Positions 39,614 to 51,004 of a stretch of DNA of 64,000 bases are shown here, in pieces (positions within the stretch are counted from its first letter, which is position 1; each line of letters opens with the position of its first letter). Below the pieces are notes generated by a model that was not told where the DNA came from, searched no databases, and saw only the letters and a program-made list of their open reading frames with translations. The stretch lies in IMG/VR virus record IMGVR_UViG_3300007511_000004, positions 1-64,000 of that record; one strand, given 5' to 3'. This DNA is from a virus. Both the position numbers and the translations under genes were made by a program.

Positions 39614-41194
39614 ATGGCTGCGATCATAAGAATCAAAAGGTCTACTGGCACCAGTGCACCCGGATCGTTAAAATCCGGCGAAATCTCTTATTCTGCCGGT
39701 ACTGGCACTTCTGCCAATGGTGGCGATCGACTCTACTATGGTAAAGGCGATGATGGAGGAGGGAACGCTACCTCTATCGTTTCTATTGGTGGTGAATATC
39801 ACACTAATCAACTGGATCATACCCCTGGTACTCTTACAGCTTCGTCTGCTATTATTACCGATGCCTCGAGTAAGATCGATAATTTAAAAGTTGACAATCT
39901 GGATCTTAATGGTAATACTCTTAGTTCCACGGATACTAATGGTAATATCTCACTTAATCCTAATGGATCGGGTACGGTTGATGTTAATACCTCGAAGATC
40001 GTCAATGTCACCGATCCCGCTAGCGATCAAGATGCCGCTACAAAGGCCTATGTTGATACCCAAGTCGCAGGTAATAACAATTTAGATATTGCTGGTGACA
40101 CCGGCACAGATACCGTAGATCTTACATCTGAAACCCTGACCTTCTCTGGTGATTCAGATATCCTTGCTACGGTTACGAATAATACTGTTACTCTTACGCA
40201 TAGAGCCTCAGACGTCTCGGCTGGAACATATGGTTCTGCAACGGCAGTTCCAGTAATTACGGTTAATGCGAATGGTCACGTTGATACTGTTACAACAGCT
40301 TCCGTAGCTTCTCAGCTATCAATTGCTGATGATAATACAAATACGGATACGGTCAATCTTCTTAACGACACCCTTACGATCTCAGAGGGTGAAGGTATTA
40401 ATGCGGTTGTTAGCAACAATACTATTACAATCTCGGGTGAAGATGCCACGACCTCCAATAAAGGTGTAGCAAGTTTTAGCAGTGATAATTTTGCAGTCAC
40501 ATCTGGTGCAGTTACTATCAAAGATGGTGGCGTCGCAAACGCTGAACTGGCAAACTCTGCGGTCACTGTTGGTACAACTAGTATCTCACTTGGCGCTTCC
40601 TCTACAACCCTTGCCGGTCTAACCCAGATCGATGTTGATAATGTCCGAATCTTCGACAATACTGTTGCATCGTCTACTGGCGTTCTATATATTGATCCGA
40701 ATCCAATCGATTCTGATGGTGGCGAAGTTATTATCCGCGGCGACCTTACCATTCAAGGCACTACGACGACTGTTAATTCAACTACAGTATCGATCAATGA
40801 TAAGAATCTAGTATTAGCTGACTCGGCGGGTAATGCAGCTGCTGCTGATGGTGCAGGTATTACGGTTAATGGGCCGGGCACTCCAGCTACAATGACATAT
40901 AATGGTTCAACCGATCGATGGAACTTTAATAAAGATTTAGATCTATCAGCACTAACTGCTCTTAAGTTCTCGGGAGAGAATCTCACAGAGGCGCTGGAAG
41001 ATCATCTAGTTAACAACTTCTTCCTTGCCGGAGAAGGCATCGATCTAACATATGTTGACGGTTCGAATACCCTTACCGTTGCAGCCGAACTCGCAACCAC
41101 CACTAATAAGGGTGTTGCAAGCTTTGATACCGATCAATTCACTGTCACATCAGGTGCAGTAACTATCAGCGATATCGACGGCGGTACATATTAA
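39614..41194 (+). CDS. Tail fibre protein
   Basis: IIRIKRS..APGSL..GE, DAATKAYVD, GDLTIQGTTTTVNST, ends DGGTY. Confidence 0.8.
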   Translation: MAAIIRIKRSTGTSAPGSLKSGEISYSAGTGTSANGGDRLYYGKGDDGGGNATSIVSIGGEYHTNQLDHTPGTLTASSAIITDASSKIDNLKVDNLDLNGNTLSSTDTNGNISLNPNGSGTVDVNTSKIVNVTDPASDQDAATKAYVDTQVAGNNNLDIAGDTGTDTVDLTSETLTFSGDSDILATVTNNTVTLTHRASDVSAGTYGSATAVPVITVNANGHVDTVTTASVASQLSIADDNTNTDTVNLLNDTLTISEGEGINAVVSNNTITISGEDATTSNKGVASFSSDNFAVTSGAVTIKDGGVANAELANSAVTVGTTSISLGASSTTLAGLTQIDVDNVRIFDNTVASSTGVLYIDPNPIDSDGGEVIIRGDLTIQGTTTTVNSTTVSINDKNLVLADSAGNAAAADGAGITVNGPGTPATMTYNGSTDRWNFNKDLDLSALTALKFSGENLTEALEDHLVNNFFLAGEGIDLTYVDGSNTLTVAAELATTTNKGVASFDTDQFTVTSGAVTISDIDGGTY

Positions 41195-41249
41195 TATCAA
41201 TAGCCAAATATTTTTATATTAGGCTTAAAATAACCTTTTTTAAGGAGCC

Positions 41250-43736
41250 ATGATGGCTGTAGCAATTAAACATAAGAAGAGTTCTGTAAGTGACAACGCG
41301 CCGGGAACTGGCGACATTGGTTATGGCGAATTTGCCATCAACTATGCGGATGGTAGGCTATACTACAAGAACTCTTCAAATGCAATTAAGAACTTCATTG
41401 ATTCGGATTTAGTCCAGACGGCTATTACCACTACAGTCGATCAGGCATACCTTAACAGCAAGAATATTAATGCTGATACCCTTGATGGTCAACATGGATC
41501 ATATTACTTAGATTATAATAATTTTGTCAATACTCCTGCAGGTGGGTCCTCATGGGATTCTGCCACCACTAGAACGGTATTTAGTGTATCAGGTGATTTG
41601 GCTTATGATAGTGCTACTGGCCAATTCAGTGTTACTACATATAAAGATGCGGACTTCGATACTAGATTAGGGACAAAAACCACCGCTAATCTGACCGAAG
41701 GCAGTAATCTTTATTATACTGACACACGAGTTACCTCCCATGTAGATGCGGCGTACGTACAGGCAAGACAGGACTTTGCATATGCATCGTTAACTGGCGC
41801 GCCGAGTATCCCAACATTGGGTAATGATTATGTCGACTCTGGCCAGGTATCATCTATTATTACGGCAGACGTTGATGCAGCCTTTATTAATGCGCTAACT
41901 ATTGATGCCGACACACTTGGTGGGCAAAATAGTGCATATCATCTAAATTATAATAACTTTACCAATACCCCGACAATTCCATCTTTAGGTAATGACTACG
42001 TTGACTCTGGTCAGGTATCATCCATTATTACGGCAGATGTAGACGCGGCATTTATTAATGCGCTAACTATTGATGCCGATACACTTGGCAGCCAGGCAGG
42101 AAGCTATTATCTCAATTATAATAACTTTACTAATACTCCAACGATCCCATCTTTAGGCAACGACTACGTTGACTCTGCTCAAGTATCATCAATCATCACA
42201 GCAGACGTTGATGCAGCCTTTATTAATGCGCTAACCATTGATGCAGACACACTTGCAGGTCTTGCGAGTAGCTATTATTTAAATTACAACAATCTCAGCA
42301 ATAAGCCTACACTACCATCTCTTGGAAATGATTTCGTAGATAGTGCTGAAGGAAGAAAACTAATTTCGGTAACTGATGCCGGTGGGGATGGCTCTCTATC
42401 CTATAATAATGGTACAGGCGCCCTTACCTACACGGGGCCTTCTGCTTCGGATGTACGAGGACATTTCTCGGCAGGTGAAGGTGTATCGATCTCGAGCGGA
42501 GTGATATCAATTGCTCAGGCTGTCGATTCAACCGAGGACGTATATTTCGGAAGTGTTACTACTACGAGTAACATTATAGTTGGTGGGAACCTTACAGTAA
42601 ATGGTACTACTACCACACTTAATACTTCCACTCTTGACGTTGAAGATCTTAATATCACTGTTGCCAAAGACGCAGCAGATAGTGCTGCTGCAAACGGTGC
42701 TGGGCTTACAGTTGATGGTGCTGGTGCAACTCTTCTTTATAACCATAGTGGCAACCGGTGGGATTATAATAGAAGTATTAGTATCAATGGTAATCGTGTT
42801 CTAACAGTAGGCGACGAAGGCGCAGGTAACGGCCTTGATGCAGATACTTTAGATGGTCAGCAAGGATCATATTATCTCAATTATAATAACTTTACCAATA
42901 CTCCGGCTACAGATAATATCTTTAAGAACTTTGCAGTAAGTGGACAATCAACGGTTACTGCTGATACCAATAATGATACCCTAACCCTTGCAGAAGGATC
43001 TGGGGTAACCCTCACCACCAATGCCGGTACTGATACGATTACAATCTCCGCATCGTCTGGCGCGCCAACACAACCATCACCACCCGCCTCACCCTCTGAT
43101 GGGGATTTCTGGTGGGATGATTCCGCTGGCGATCTATACATCTATTATGTTGATAGCAGTTCGGGACAATGGGTACAAGCTTCACCTTCTATTCTGGCAG
43201 ATAACGCAGTCACCTATGCTAAGATGCAGGATATGACCACTGCACGAATTTTAGGACGTAATACCGCCGGTTCAGGAGATCCGGAGGAATTAACGGCAGC
43301 TACTGTCAGAACCATGCTTAATGTCGAAGACGGCGCTACTAACTATTCTCACCCGACCCATCCTGGAGATGACTTTAGTGTAGATACTGGTGCTTTAACC
43401 GGTGCGGTAGTCGTATCTGATATAGACATTAACGTCACTACGGATACGTCGGGTCACGTGACGGATGCCAACGGCTCAGTTTCTACCAGAACTTTAACAC
43501 TTGCTAATCTCGGTTATACTGGTGCTACCGACGCTAATAACTATTCTCACCCGAACCACACGGGTGATGTTACATCGTCGGGTGATGGGGCTACTACTAT
43601 TGCAAATAATGCAGTCACCAAGGCCAAAATGGCAAATGATGCAGTAGGGTCAGCTGAACTAGATGATGTAACATCCTTAGTAATATACAATTCTGGCGGA
43701 TCAGCAGTCAAAACTTTATACGGAGCCGGTAGCTAA
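41250..43736 (+). CDS. Tail fibre protein with 56-aa repeats
   Basis: [33 protein letters not shown] repeats, [10 protein letters not shown]. Confidence 0.8.
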   Translation: MMAVAIKHKKSSVSDNAPGTGDIGYGEFAINYADGRLYYKNSSNAIKNFIDSDLVQTAITTTVDQAYLNSKNINADTLDGQHGSYYLDYNNFVNTPAGGSSWDSATTRTVFSVSGDLAYDSATGQFSVTTYKDADFDTRLGTKTTANLTEGSNLYYTDTRVTSHVDAAYVQARQDFAYASLTGAPSIPTLGNDYVDSGQVSSIITADVDAAFINALTIDADTLGGQNSAYHLNYNNFTNTPTIPSLGNDYVDSGQVSSIITADVDAAFINALTIDADTLGSQAGSYYLNYNNFTNTPTIPSLGNDYVDSAQVSSIITADVDAAFINALTIDADTLAGLASSYYLNYNNLSNKPTLPSLGNDFVDSAEGRKLISVTDAGGDGSLSYNNGTGALTYTGPSASDVRGHFSAGEGVSISSGVISIAQAVDSTEDVYFGSVTTTSNIIVGGNLTVNGTTTTLNTSTLDVEDLNITVAKDAADSAAANGAGLTVDGAGATLLYNHSGNRWDYNRSISINGNRVLTVGDEGAGNGLDADTLDGQQGSYYLNYNNFTNTPATDNIFKNFAVSGQSTVTADTNNDTLTLAEGSGVTLTTNAGTDTITISASSGAPTQPSPPASPSDGDFWWDDSAGDLYIYYVDSSSGQWVQASPSILADNAVTYAKMQDMTTARILGRNTAGSGDPEELTAATVRTMLNVEDGATNYSHPTHPGDDFSVDTGALTGAVVVSDIDINVTTDTSGHVTDANGSVSTRTLTLANLGYTGATDANNYSHPNHTGDVTSSGDGATTIANNAVTKAKMANDAVGSAELDDVTSLVIYNSGGSAVKTLYGAGS
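41811..42350 (+). repeat. 168-nt (56-aa) tandem repeat, three full copies plus a partial
   Basis: Units start at 41811, 41979, 42147 and 42315 ([36 protein letters not shown]...). Confidence 0.9.
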
Positions 43737-45172
43737 TGGCAAGATTAAATTTTCCTAATAACCCCTCAAATAATCAAGAATATACCGCCAACGGAAATAA
43801 GTATAAATTCCGTCTGAAGCCCGGTACCTCCCACGGGTCTTGGCGGGCGACAGCCTTCCAGGATGCGCCTAGAGGTATAGCAGCTGCCGTTGAATTCGGG
43901 ACAGTAACAACCGGGTCCGCAGGATCCGATGCTTCGGTTTCTAATTCCGGTACCTCAAGTGATGCAGTTTTCAATTTTACTATTCCGCGGGGAGACACTG
44001 GTCAAACTGGTGCTAAGGGTCAGAAAGGCGCTGTTGGCGCAACCGGAGCAAAGGGTCAGAAAGGCGCTGTTGGCGCAACTGGTAGTACTGGTTCTAAGGG
44101 TCAAAAGGGCGAGCTGGGATTAACTGGTGCTAAGGGTAATACTGGCTCGACTGGTAGTACTGGCTCGACGGGTAGTACCGGGGCAAAGGGTAATACTGGC
44201 TCGACTGGTAGTACTGGTGCTAAGGGTAATACTGGCTCGACTGGTAGTACTGGCTCTACCGGCTCGAAGGGGCAAAAGGGTGCCACCGGCGATATCCCCT
44301 CGTCGCCGACATTTACCGATGGATATGTCAATGGCTGGTGGAGAAATAATACCTCAGGCAAAGGTCTATATAACCAAGCAACGGGTCAACACTGGTATTC
44401 CGATAACGATGATTATTGGAATATTGCCGGTGGTACCGCTGCAAACGGTATTAGATTTAGAGACGACCACGACGGTACTATTCGGGGTTATATGTATGTT
44501 GACCAATCAAGTAACGTTGGTTTCCTAAACTCTGGCGGTCAATGGTCAATCCGTTGTCATATTCCCGATGGCGAATCACCTAACATTTACTTTGAAGAAA
44601 ATGCAAACACAACTTGGTCTGGCGACCCTGGCAATAACGAAGGTAAAATTGAATATCACTCTGACAGATTCTACATTGCAGCAGGGGCAAATTCGAACCG
44701 GGTTTGTCAATTTAGAAGGTCAGGTTCTGACGTAGCTTATGTTGACAACTCAGGGATTTACACCGGAACCGCAACATCAGCTCGATGGGCGGACGTTGCA
44801 GAGAGATATGCAGCAGATGGGGTATATCCACCGGGCACGGTACTTGCTATTGGTGGCGATAAAGAAGTAACCGAATATAAAGCTGGTATGCCCTTAGCTG
44901 GATGTGTCTCCACTAATCCTGGTGTACGGATGAACAACCACTTCGAGGTAGAAGACGAGAATTCTCCTGAAGCAGTTCTTCATCCATACGTTGCGCTTGC
45001 GGGGCGTATCCCAGTATCCATCAACGGGTCGGCTAAGAAGGGTGATTATATTGTAGCTGATGACAATGGTAAAGGCAAGGCCGTTTCGACCTTGCCCTCT
45101 GACATCAATTTCACGTTGATCGTCGGGATTGCATTAGAAGATGGTACAGATCTAGTTGAAGTGAAGGTCTAG
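43736..45172 (+). CDS. Collagen-containing tail fibre with C-terminal autocleaved chaperone-like domain
   Basis: 34 Gly-X-Y triplets; C-terminus [27 protein letters not shown]. Confidence 0.8.
   Translation: MARLNFPNNPSNNQEYTANGNKYKFRLKPGTSHGSWRATAFQDAPRGIAAAVEFGTVTTGSAGSDASVSNSGTSSDAVFNFTIPRGDTGQTGAKGQKGAVGATGAKGQKGAVGATGSTGSKGQKGELGLTGAKGNTGSTGSTGSTGSTGAKGNTGSTGSTGAKGNTGSTGSTGSTGSKGQKGATGDIPSSPTFTDGYVNGWWRNNTSGKGLYNQATGQHWYSDNDDYWNIAGGTAANGIRFRDDHDGTIRGYMYVDQSSNVGFLNSGGQWSIRCHIPDGESPNIYFEENANTTWSGDPGNNEGKIEYHSDRFYIAAGANSNRVCQFRRSGSDVAYVDNSGIYTGTATSARWADVAERYAADGVYPPGTVLAIGGDKEVTEYKAGMPLAGCVSTNPGVRMNNHFEVEDENSPEAVLHPYVALAGRIPVSINGSAKKGDYIVADDNGKGKAVSTLPSDINFTLIVGIALEDGTDLVEVKV
43991..44296 (+). 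repeat. Collagen-like (Gly-X-Y)34 repeat, Pro-free, Y position mostly Thr/Lys
   Basis: [18 protein letters not shown] ... [12 protein letters not shown]. Confidence 0.92.
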
Positions 45173-45745
45173 TAAGTCTCCACAAGTACCCTCTGTAACC
45201 GGGATATCCCATTTATCGATCATCGCCTTATAAGCTTTATCCCAGATAGGTTGTAGATCAGCGTTCCCGGCATCACCTTGTCGGACACTATCCTCTGCCA
45301 TAGTGTGTTCGGGATTATGTCGTACGAAATAGACCTCGTCAAACTCTTTAGCCTGTTCTACTGCCATCTTTTCGTATTCAGGTTCGAGTTGACGATCACA
45401 AAGTCCTAACTCATGCGCCACTTTATTGAATACTACATAATCTAGGGGTAATCGCTTAGTGATGAATACGTCGCAACTATATTCATGTTCGAGCATTTGA
45501 CTCCAATGTCGATGGAATAACCAGCTGACCGAATAATAATTGCCCCCGATTTCCTTACCAAGAATTTCATGATCCATAAACATAGTAGATCTAACAGTTT
45601 CGGGCATATAGGTTACATTAGCACCTCTTACTCCAAACTTCTCTCGTTCAAGTAGTTTAATACAAATAGTATTTTTTCCCACCCCGTGCGCGCCTACGAC
45701 CGCGATTCTTTTATCGGATTTCCCCAAGGTCTTCTCCCTCATCAT
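45152..45745 (-). CDS. P-loop NTPase/kinase (AAA_28/NadR-like)
   Basis: [35 protein letters not shown]. Confidence 0.7.
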   Translation of the reverse strand: MMREKTLGKSDKRIAVVGAHGVGKNTICIKLLEREKFGVRGANVTYMPETVRSTMFMDHEILGKEIGGNYYSVSWLFHRHWSQMLEHEYSCDVFITKRLPLDYVVFNKVAHELGLCDRQLEPEYEKMAVEQAKEFDEVYFVRHNPEHTMAEDSVRQGDAGNADLQPIWDKAYKAMIDKWDIPVTEGTCGDLLDLHFN

Positions 45746-46292
45746 TAATAGTATATTGTGATAGATTTAGGGTCTGCATCGTTTTAGTATCGAATTCAAG
45801 CCCAAAATACGTTAAGTTTGTTATAGCAGGTTTTCTTATTGGATCCATGTCAGCGAAATGATCATGCACTAGGTTAACATCATTATGTAAAAAATAAATC
45901 TTAGCTTTATCTAACTGTCTTTCAAGTGTATAATATAATCCTATGCCTGATTTTAAAGGGTCTAATCTAGATCCCGGTGGAAGAGATGGTATAGGGTGTT
46001 TAGATAGATCCTGATCGTATATCTTAAGGATAGGAGAATCCTCGAACTCGATAGCATAATAATCACAGAACGCGTGGGGTTGAACATTGAATCTATTTCT
46101 AATATCTTCATCAGGATGCTGGTCATAGGTAATATTAATACTGGTATCACTAACACCGATAAGCTCAATACCCTCGTCTGTGATCCATGGACACTTAGCT
46201 CGAATCCCCATAGATTCTATGAGACCACGAGCTTTATCAGGCCTAAAGAATTCCTGCCTAGTACCTTCGGTTGTGACTTTCTCTTCAATCAC
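45711..46292 (-). CDS. Hypothetical protein
   Basis: 193-aa ORF overlapping both neighbours in the operon. Confidence 0.55.
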   Translation of the reverse strand: MIEEKVTTEGTRQEFFRPDKARGLIESMGIRAKCPWITDEGIELIGVSDTSINITYDQHPDEDIRNRFNVQPHAFCDYYAIEFEDSPILKIYDQDLSKHPIPSLPPGSRLDPLKSGIGLYYTLERQLDKAKIYFLHNDVNLVHDHFADMDPIRKPAITNLTYFGLEFDTKTMQTLNLSQYTINDEGEDLGEIR

Positions 46293-46677
46293 CTAATTCT
46301 TCCAAATAGTATTCGTAAACATCCGGTACCATCCCATCATCTCTATGTGATATATCAATTTCCTTGATAATCGCGTCGTATGTTTCCGGATCCTCATGAT
46401 AGGGTTTAAAATAGGGATCATCGGGGAGAAGATTCGGATATGATAATACGTCATAAAAGGTCTCGTTGAAATCTTCAGCAATCCAATTGGCATAACATAT
46501 TGCCACGAAATAAGACTTGGCCGGGTAGATCCACTTATCAACTCTTTCATAAAAGTGTTTAATTGCATCTGGTATGATAGTATCGGGCGCCCAGGTTATC
46601 TCGACTCGATTTAGGTCGTCTTTGGTGATATCCTTTAATCTCCGATATACCTCTTGTCTAACTTGCCATTCTTTCAC
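46285..46677 (-). CDS. Hypothetical protein
   Basis: 130 aa, YPAKSYFVAICYA..DPYFKPY; overlaps its neighbours. Confidence 0.55.
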   Translation of the reverse strand: MKEWQVRQEVYRRLKDITKDDLNRVEITWAPDTIIPDAIKHFYERVDKWIYPAKSYFVAICYANWIAEDFNETFYDVLSYPNLLPDDPYFKPYHEDPETYDAIIKEIDISHRDDGMVPDVYEYYLEELGD

Positions 46678-47923
46678 AGATCTTCCCTTCGATTATCGCA
46701 TAATATAATTCAGCGTCAACACTATATATTGAATCTACTAATCCAACTCCCTGTGCCACACAGTACCAATTGAAGGGGTTCCAGGGGAAAGCCATCGATC
46801 GGTTAGCAACACTCTCTACATTAAAATCCGTATCAAACCTGTCATCATTATAGTAGTGTAGTAGTATAAAATCTTTTATTTCATTAATTGAATTGAGTAG
46901 GGTGGCGTCTAACTCCCTATAATCGTAACCACTCTTAATAGATTCTCCGAACAATTTTGCGGCATAGACTATGAATTCGATATTAGTTGCTTCAAGAGGT
47001 TCTACAAAGTGTGCAGCTAACCCATTCGATAATACATTCTTATATGCAATTTTAGATAGGGCACCAGCTTCAAACCTCAGAATCCTACCACCTTCAATCC
47101 CCATTTCTGCTCGGGCTTCTTCGTCACTTATCCACTTGGAAGAATAAACATATCCCCTATTATTCCGATCCTGTAGGGGGATTGACCACTCCCAGCCATG
47201 TTCTCTTTTAATAGATTCGGTATAGTAGCATGGATCTGGTTCTTTAGAATACACTAGAGCCGAATCCAGATGTAGATCGTCAAAGGGAAGGTACTTGATA
47301 TCGAATGGATGAGATAATAGTCTTTTCTGGCCAGTACAATCCACATAGTAGTCTGCTACGTGTCCCTTTATCGATACTACACCATTATCATCAATTATTA
47401 CATCATTATCGTCAATCGTATCATAATGATGATTGATCTTACCTTTTAGGAAATCCCTAAGATAAGGTGCAACCAGATCATTTTGCCAATGGAGAGCTAT
47501 ATCCCACCAAAAGGGATCGTTACTTTCCAGGTCCGGTGGGATGTCGTCTAAAGCAAGTTGGGTATAGGGGCTTAGATTCTTAACCGGTTTCCCAGCCTTA
47601 AAGATATCCGTTAGAACATCCTGATCCGGAAAAAGCCTATCGATGAATGATTCACCGAAGGGATGGAAATACTCTTCTTCAGCCCAGTTAACGAAATTAA
47701 CCCCGTACTTCACGGTTGAATTGGTTTTTGAAATGAAATCTTTTAAATCAATATCCGCTGCTCTTAGAACATCTACTACGGTCTCAGTAACACTTTCGCC
47801 TACGCCAATCGGGGGAATAGTATTACTCTCGATAAGGGTAATATCAAAATCCTTATGGAGGATGAGAGCCGAGAACCAACCAGCGGTTCCACCGCCACAT
47901 ATTAATATCTTTTTTCGGTCCAT
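46658..47923 (-). CDS. Flavin-dependent tryptophan halogenase-like protein
   Basis: GGGTAGW, IGVGES, KYGVNFVNW, DCTG, GWEWSIPL, GYVYS, FVEPLEAT. Confidence 0.88.
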   Translation of the reverse strand: MDRKKILICGGGTAGWFSALILHKDFDITLIESNTIPPIGVGESVTETVVDVLRAADIDLKDFISKTNSTVKYGVNFVNWAEEEYFHPFGESFIDRLFPDQDVLTDIFKAGKPVKNLSPYTQLALDDIPPDLESNDPFWWDIALHWQNDLVAPYLRDFLKGKINHHYDTIDDNDVIIDDNGVVSIKGHVADYYVDCTGQKRLLSHPFDIKYLPFDDLHLDSALVYSKEPDPCYYTESIKREHGWEWSIPLQDRNNRGYVYSSKWISDEEARAEMGIEGGRILRFEAGALSKIAYKNVLSNGLAAHFVEPLEATNIEFIVYAAKLFGESIKSGYDYRELDATLLNSINEIKDFILLHYYNDDRFDTDFNVESVANRSMAFPWNPFNWYCVAQGVGLVDSIYSVDAELYYAIIEGKICERMAS

Positions 47924-48798
47924 TCTAATAATTCTCTATGCCCATTACATCCATCTGTTAAATCGTGTACGTACCTATAGTGCTCAGTAAGACACCTGCC
48001 GAAATAATCGCAATTGCGACAAATATCTGAAACGTTCTTGATTGGCTCGATCAGCGCCCATTTACGATATTCATCAAAACTGTCTAATTCTAAGAAATAT
48101 TCGCGATCCGACACATCAAATTCCAACACGCCGAATTTTCCGCTTGGGGTAATATATACGTGATTGTTACTGAAAGCGTTATAGTTTCCCGATATAGATT
48201 CCTCTATGCGATAGAGGTTTTCAAATTCGAATGGCAGATCTAACTCTAACCACTTTTTAACAAATTCTTCATAATCACTATGCTTAACATTGTGACAGTT
48301 AGCTTGGTTCGTTGAATATGGTTTGATCTCTACAGATCGAAGATTCGAGAGTAAAGATAATTCCTGTACCATGGAAGGTACATCCATATCAAGTACATTA
48401 CGACTTGCAAGTATAAGGACTGAGATTGGTACCGGTGATACTAGCATATTTGCAAATACTATATCACTCCGCTCTCTTGCAGCAAAGTCATATGAGACCG
48501 AAAGCGATATATCATTATCGTGCATGTATGTTTTAGGAGATGCGTAATTGGTAACAATATTAATTACACCATCATAATGCTTACGAATGATCTTCTTCAT
48601 ATCATAGAAGTAATCGTCACCTAATGTTGAGATCTCCCCGCCATATAAATCGATGTGGTGAATATCCGGGATCTCGCTCAACCTCTCATCTAATACCCTC
48701 AGATCAACCTTCTTCTTATCTGCTAATTGTTCACTAGTAAGATAACAAAAATCACATCGAAAATTGCAAAGATATGTGGGGTTGATCGATACGATCAT
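47902..48798 (-). CDS. Radical SAM enzyme with Cys-rich C-terminus
   Basis: CNFRCDFC, YGGE, CRNCDYFGRC..GC. Confidence 0.9.
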   Translation of the reverse strand: MIVSINPTYLCNFRCDFCYLTSEQLADKKKVDLRVLDERLSEIPDIHHIDLYGGEISTLGDDYFYDMKKIIRKHYDGVINIVTNYASPKTYMHDNDISLSVSYDFAARERSDIVFANMLVSPVPISVLILASRNVLDMDVPSMVQELSLLSNLRSVEIKPYSTNQANCHNVKHSDYEEFVKKWLELDLPFEFENLYRIEESISGNYNAFSNNHVYITPSGKFGVLEFDVSDREYFLELDSFDEYRKWALIEPIKNVSDICRNCDYFGRCLTEHYRYVHDLTDGCNGHRELLEWTEKRY

Positions 48799-49514
48799 AA
48801 CAATTGGGTCTCTTTATAGTATCCTGATTTCAATTTATTCTGACCCCATAGCTGGCTGTAGCCAAGAGTTGCAATGACTGTATATCGAGTTTTATCCGAA
48901 GTGAGCTCGGTCACCTTATGTACGAATGACGGATCATTATTATTTAAGATAATGATTTTATTACGATGTGGGGTATATCTTTGGGTTATCTCTACCTTAT
49001 CAGTGAGGATATCGTCTAACGAGGTCTCCGGTCTCCAATGAGGCATAGGATCACCAGGCTTCCATAGTATATCCGGTCTACCAACTAATAACTCTCCACC
49101 ATCTTCTTCGGTGAAGTCGTCCATATTAGGATAACAGAGTATTTGAAGTAATGTTCCATCATATCCATCAAAGTGCCAGGGTAACCCTCCGCCCTGACTC
49201 ACTTTATTAATATTGACGTGTATTTCGTCGAAATCTCCGTAGACGTGTCTCCAGTAATCGAAATAAGGTAACTGAACTATATCTTGGAAAAATTCTAAAT
49301 ACTGTTGCCGACCTTTAATGTAAACATCTTGATCTCTTTGGTGATATTCCCGATCCCAGACCGGATTCTGTACGATTGACCCATAACTACTTTCGGTACC
49401 AAAAGTCTCTGACATTAGCATGCTGAATAACATAGCGCTAAAAGAAGGATCCACGTCTACAATATCAGCGCCCTTCTTATATAAATCGTTGAAGTTAGGT
49501 ATCTCTTGTATCAT
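48795..49514 (-). CDS. 2OG-Fe(II) oxygenase
   Basis: WHFDG, GGEL, FVHKV, RYT. Confidence 0.8.
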   Translation of the reverse strand: MIQEIPNFNDLYKKGADIVDVDPSFSAMLFSMLMSETFGTESSYGSIVQNPVWDREYHQRDQDVYIKGRQQYLEFFQDIVQLPYFDYWRHVYGDFDEIHVNINKVSQGGGLPWHFDGYDGTLLQILCYPNMDDFTEEDGGELLVGRPDILWKPGDPMPHWRPETSLDDILTDKVEITQRYTPHRNKIIILNNNDPSFVHKVTELTSDKTRYTVIATLGYSQLWGQNKLKSGYYKETQLL

Positions 49515-50043
49515 AATTAAACGTCACTACAATTCGGGCTTCGGGAGATTTGGGCTGAGAAGAACTATGGAATTTTAATCCATTGAACCACATTGTTCTA
49601 TTTGCTACAGAATCACATACACTTTCTATAGTATATTCTTTATGTTGTTCCGGTCCATTCTCTTTATATATGTAGGTTGGAGCAGTACTATCCGTTACGT
49701 AATAGAGCTGGGTTGTGTGAGGTTGCATATAGTCTACATGGGGATCATGCACCATACCACCCTCATTACTATTAAATATATATCCGATTCGTATCCGGAT
49801 CAGACGACCGAAATCTAGGTTAATCAGTGGGGATAATAATCCAAACAATCTTTTATCATTGATATTCCCATTCCGATAAACCACAGTAGAGAATCCATTT
49901 TGGTTATCACTGCCCCCTTTCTTTACCACATTCTTATTAAACGTCCATTGGGTTTCGGGAGATAGGATTTCTTCATGAATTAGTTTGTGTGAAAAGGGAG
50001 TTAGGAAATTGTCAATTATTTGCATGAATAATCCTTTCTTCAA
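49495..50043 (-). CDS. 2OG-Fe(II) oxygenase
   Basis: PHVD, LYYVTDS, NR..WFNG..FHSS, RIVVTFN. Confidence 0.8.
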   Translation of the reverse strand: MKKGLFMQIIDNFLTPFSHKLIHEEILSPETQWTFNKNVVKKGGSDNQNGFSTVVYRNGNINDKRLFGLLSPLINLDFGRLIRIRIGYIFNSNEGGMVHDPHVDYMQPHTTQLYYVTDSTAPTYIYKENGPEQHKEYTIESVCDSVANRTMWFNGLKFHSSSQPKSPEARIVVTFNYDTRDT

Positions 50044-51004
50044 GCTCTTTCATTAGACTGCAATGCTTTTCCACCATATCATGCTGCTTCATATCCTTTA
50101 TGGTTTTCTTGCATCCATTACAGATCTGGAATAATGCACAGGCGTAACACCCGCTATGCATAGTCTGGATATCAAGCTCTTTCTGCAGCGGGGTGAAGAA
50201 TTCACCGGCCATCTCCTTTTCGAAGTCAATGGAGTATTCTCGATCATCCCCAAATGATCCGCAACTATAATAATCGCCACTTGGCTGCATCGCTCTAATT
50301 GTATAATCACAGTCTCTATTCTGTGGACAAACCATAGCCTCATTTCGGAGTCTCTTAACCATCTGCTTCGTATTAAATTCCCATTCCATTAGACCCGATT
50401 CATAGATCTCCAGATACTTGCTATACATCTTAGATAATTGATACGGTCGGGATTGAACGCCCGAAGCCATTGCGTAGTTTAGCTTACATTCAACTCCCAT
50501 CTCCTTTGCAAGTTTGACATTATCAAGTGCGGTATCTTCATTCTCTTCGTCGATAACTGATATGAAATCGGGTCTGTATCCGACCCATTCGAGCATCTTG
50601 TCTGATACCGCCCAGAAGTCTTCTTCCGTGAAAACGCTATAATCACCCTTCAGTCTCGAGCTGCCATAATGAAATGACGTGGTTATACCCATACGCGGAT
50701 GAGTAAAAATATCGATCCACTTCTCTGGCTTCTGGTAGAAAGGCCAGAGATTAGTTGTAAAGGAAACAGTTGCTCGATGATCGTGATCGTCAAGGTGTGC
50801 TAATAGTTTCTTATAATACGAAGGATCCATCATTAAAGGATCCCCGCCATTTACAATAATAGTGTTGGTATCCGGAAACCGCTCCAGGAATCTATAGATT
50901 CGGTTAAGTTCTATTTGATCCTTGACGTCGTCTGCAATTGACGTACTTGAGCAGAAAGTGCATTTGAAGTTGCAACGTTCCGTGGGCTTAATAATTAGTT
51001 CCAT
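50012..51004 (-). CDS. Radical SAM/SPASM enzyme
   Basis: IIKPTERCNFKCTFC, GGDPL, CP..RDC..YSC..CYACALFQICNGC. Confidence 0.92.
   Translation of the reverse strand: MELIIKPTERCNFKCTFCSSTSIADDVKDQIELNRIYRFLERFPDTNTIIVNGGDPLMMDPSYYKKLLAHLDDHDHRATVSFTTNLWPFYQKPEKWIDIFTHPRMGITTSFHYGSSRLKGDYSVFTEEDFWAVSDKMLEWVGYRPDFISVIDEENEDTALDNVKLAKEMGVECKLNYAMASGVQSRPYQLSKMYSKYLEIYESGLMEWEFNTKQMVKRLRNEAMVCPQNRDCDYTIRAMQPSGDYYSCGSFGDDREYSIDFEKEMAGEFFTPLQKELDIQTMHSGCYACALFQICNGCKKTIKDMKQHDMVEKHCSLMKELEERIIHANN

Noticed and set aside
41200-41245. Hairpin AGCCAAATAT-TTTT-ATATTAGGCT as a terminator
   Set aside because: AT-rich, mismatched stem with no adjacent U-tract, between co-transcribed fibre genes.
43929-44528. 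Alternative-frame ORFs with [10 protein letters not shown] repeats
   Set aside because: Frame shadows of the collagen repeat.
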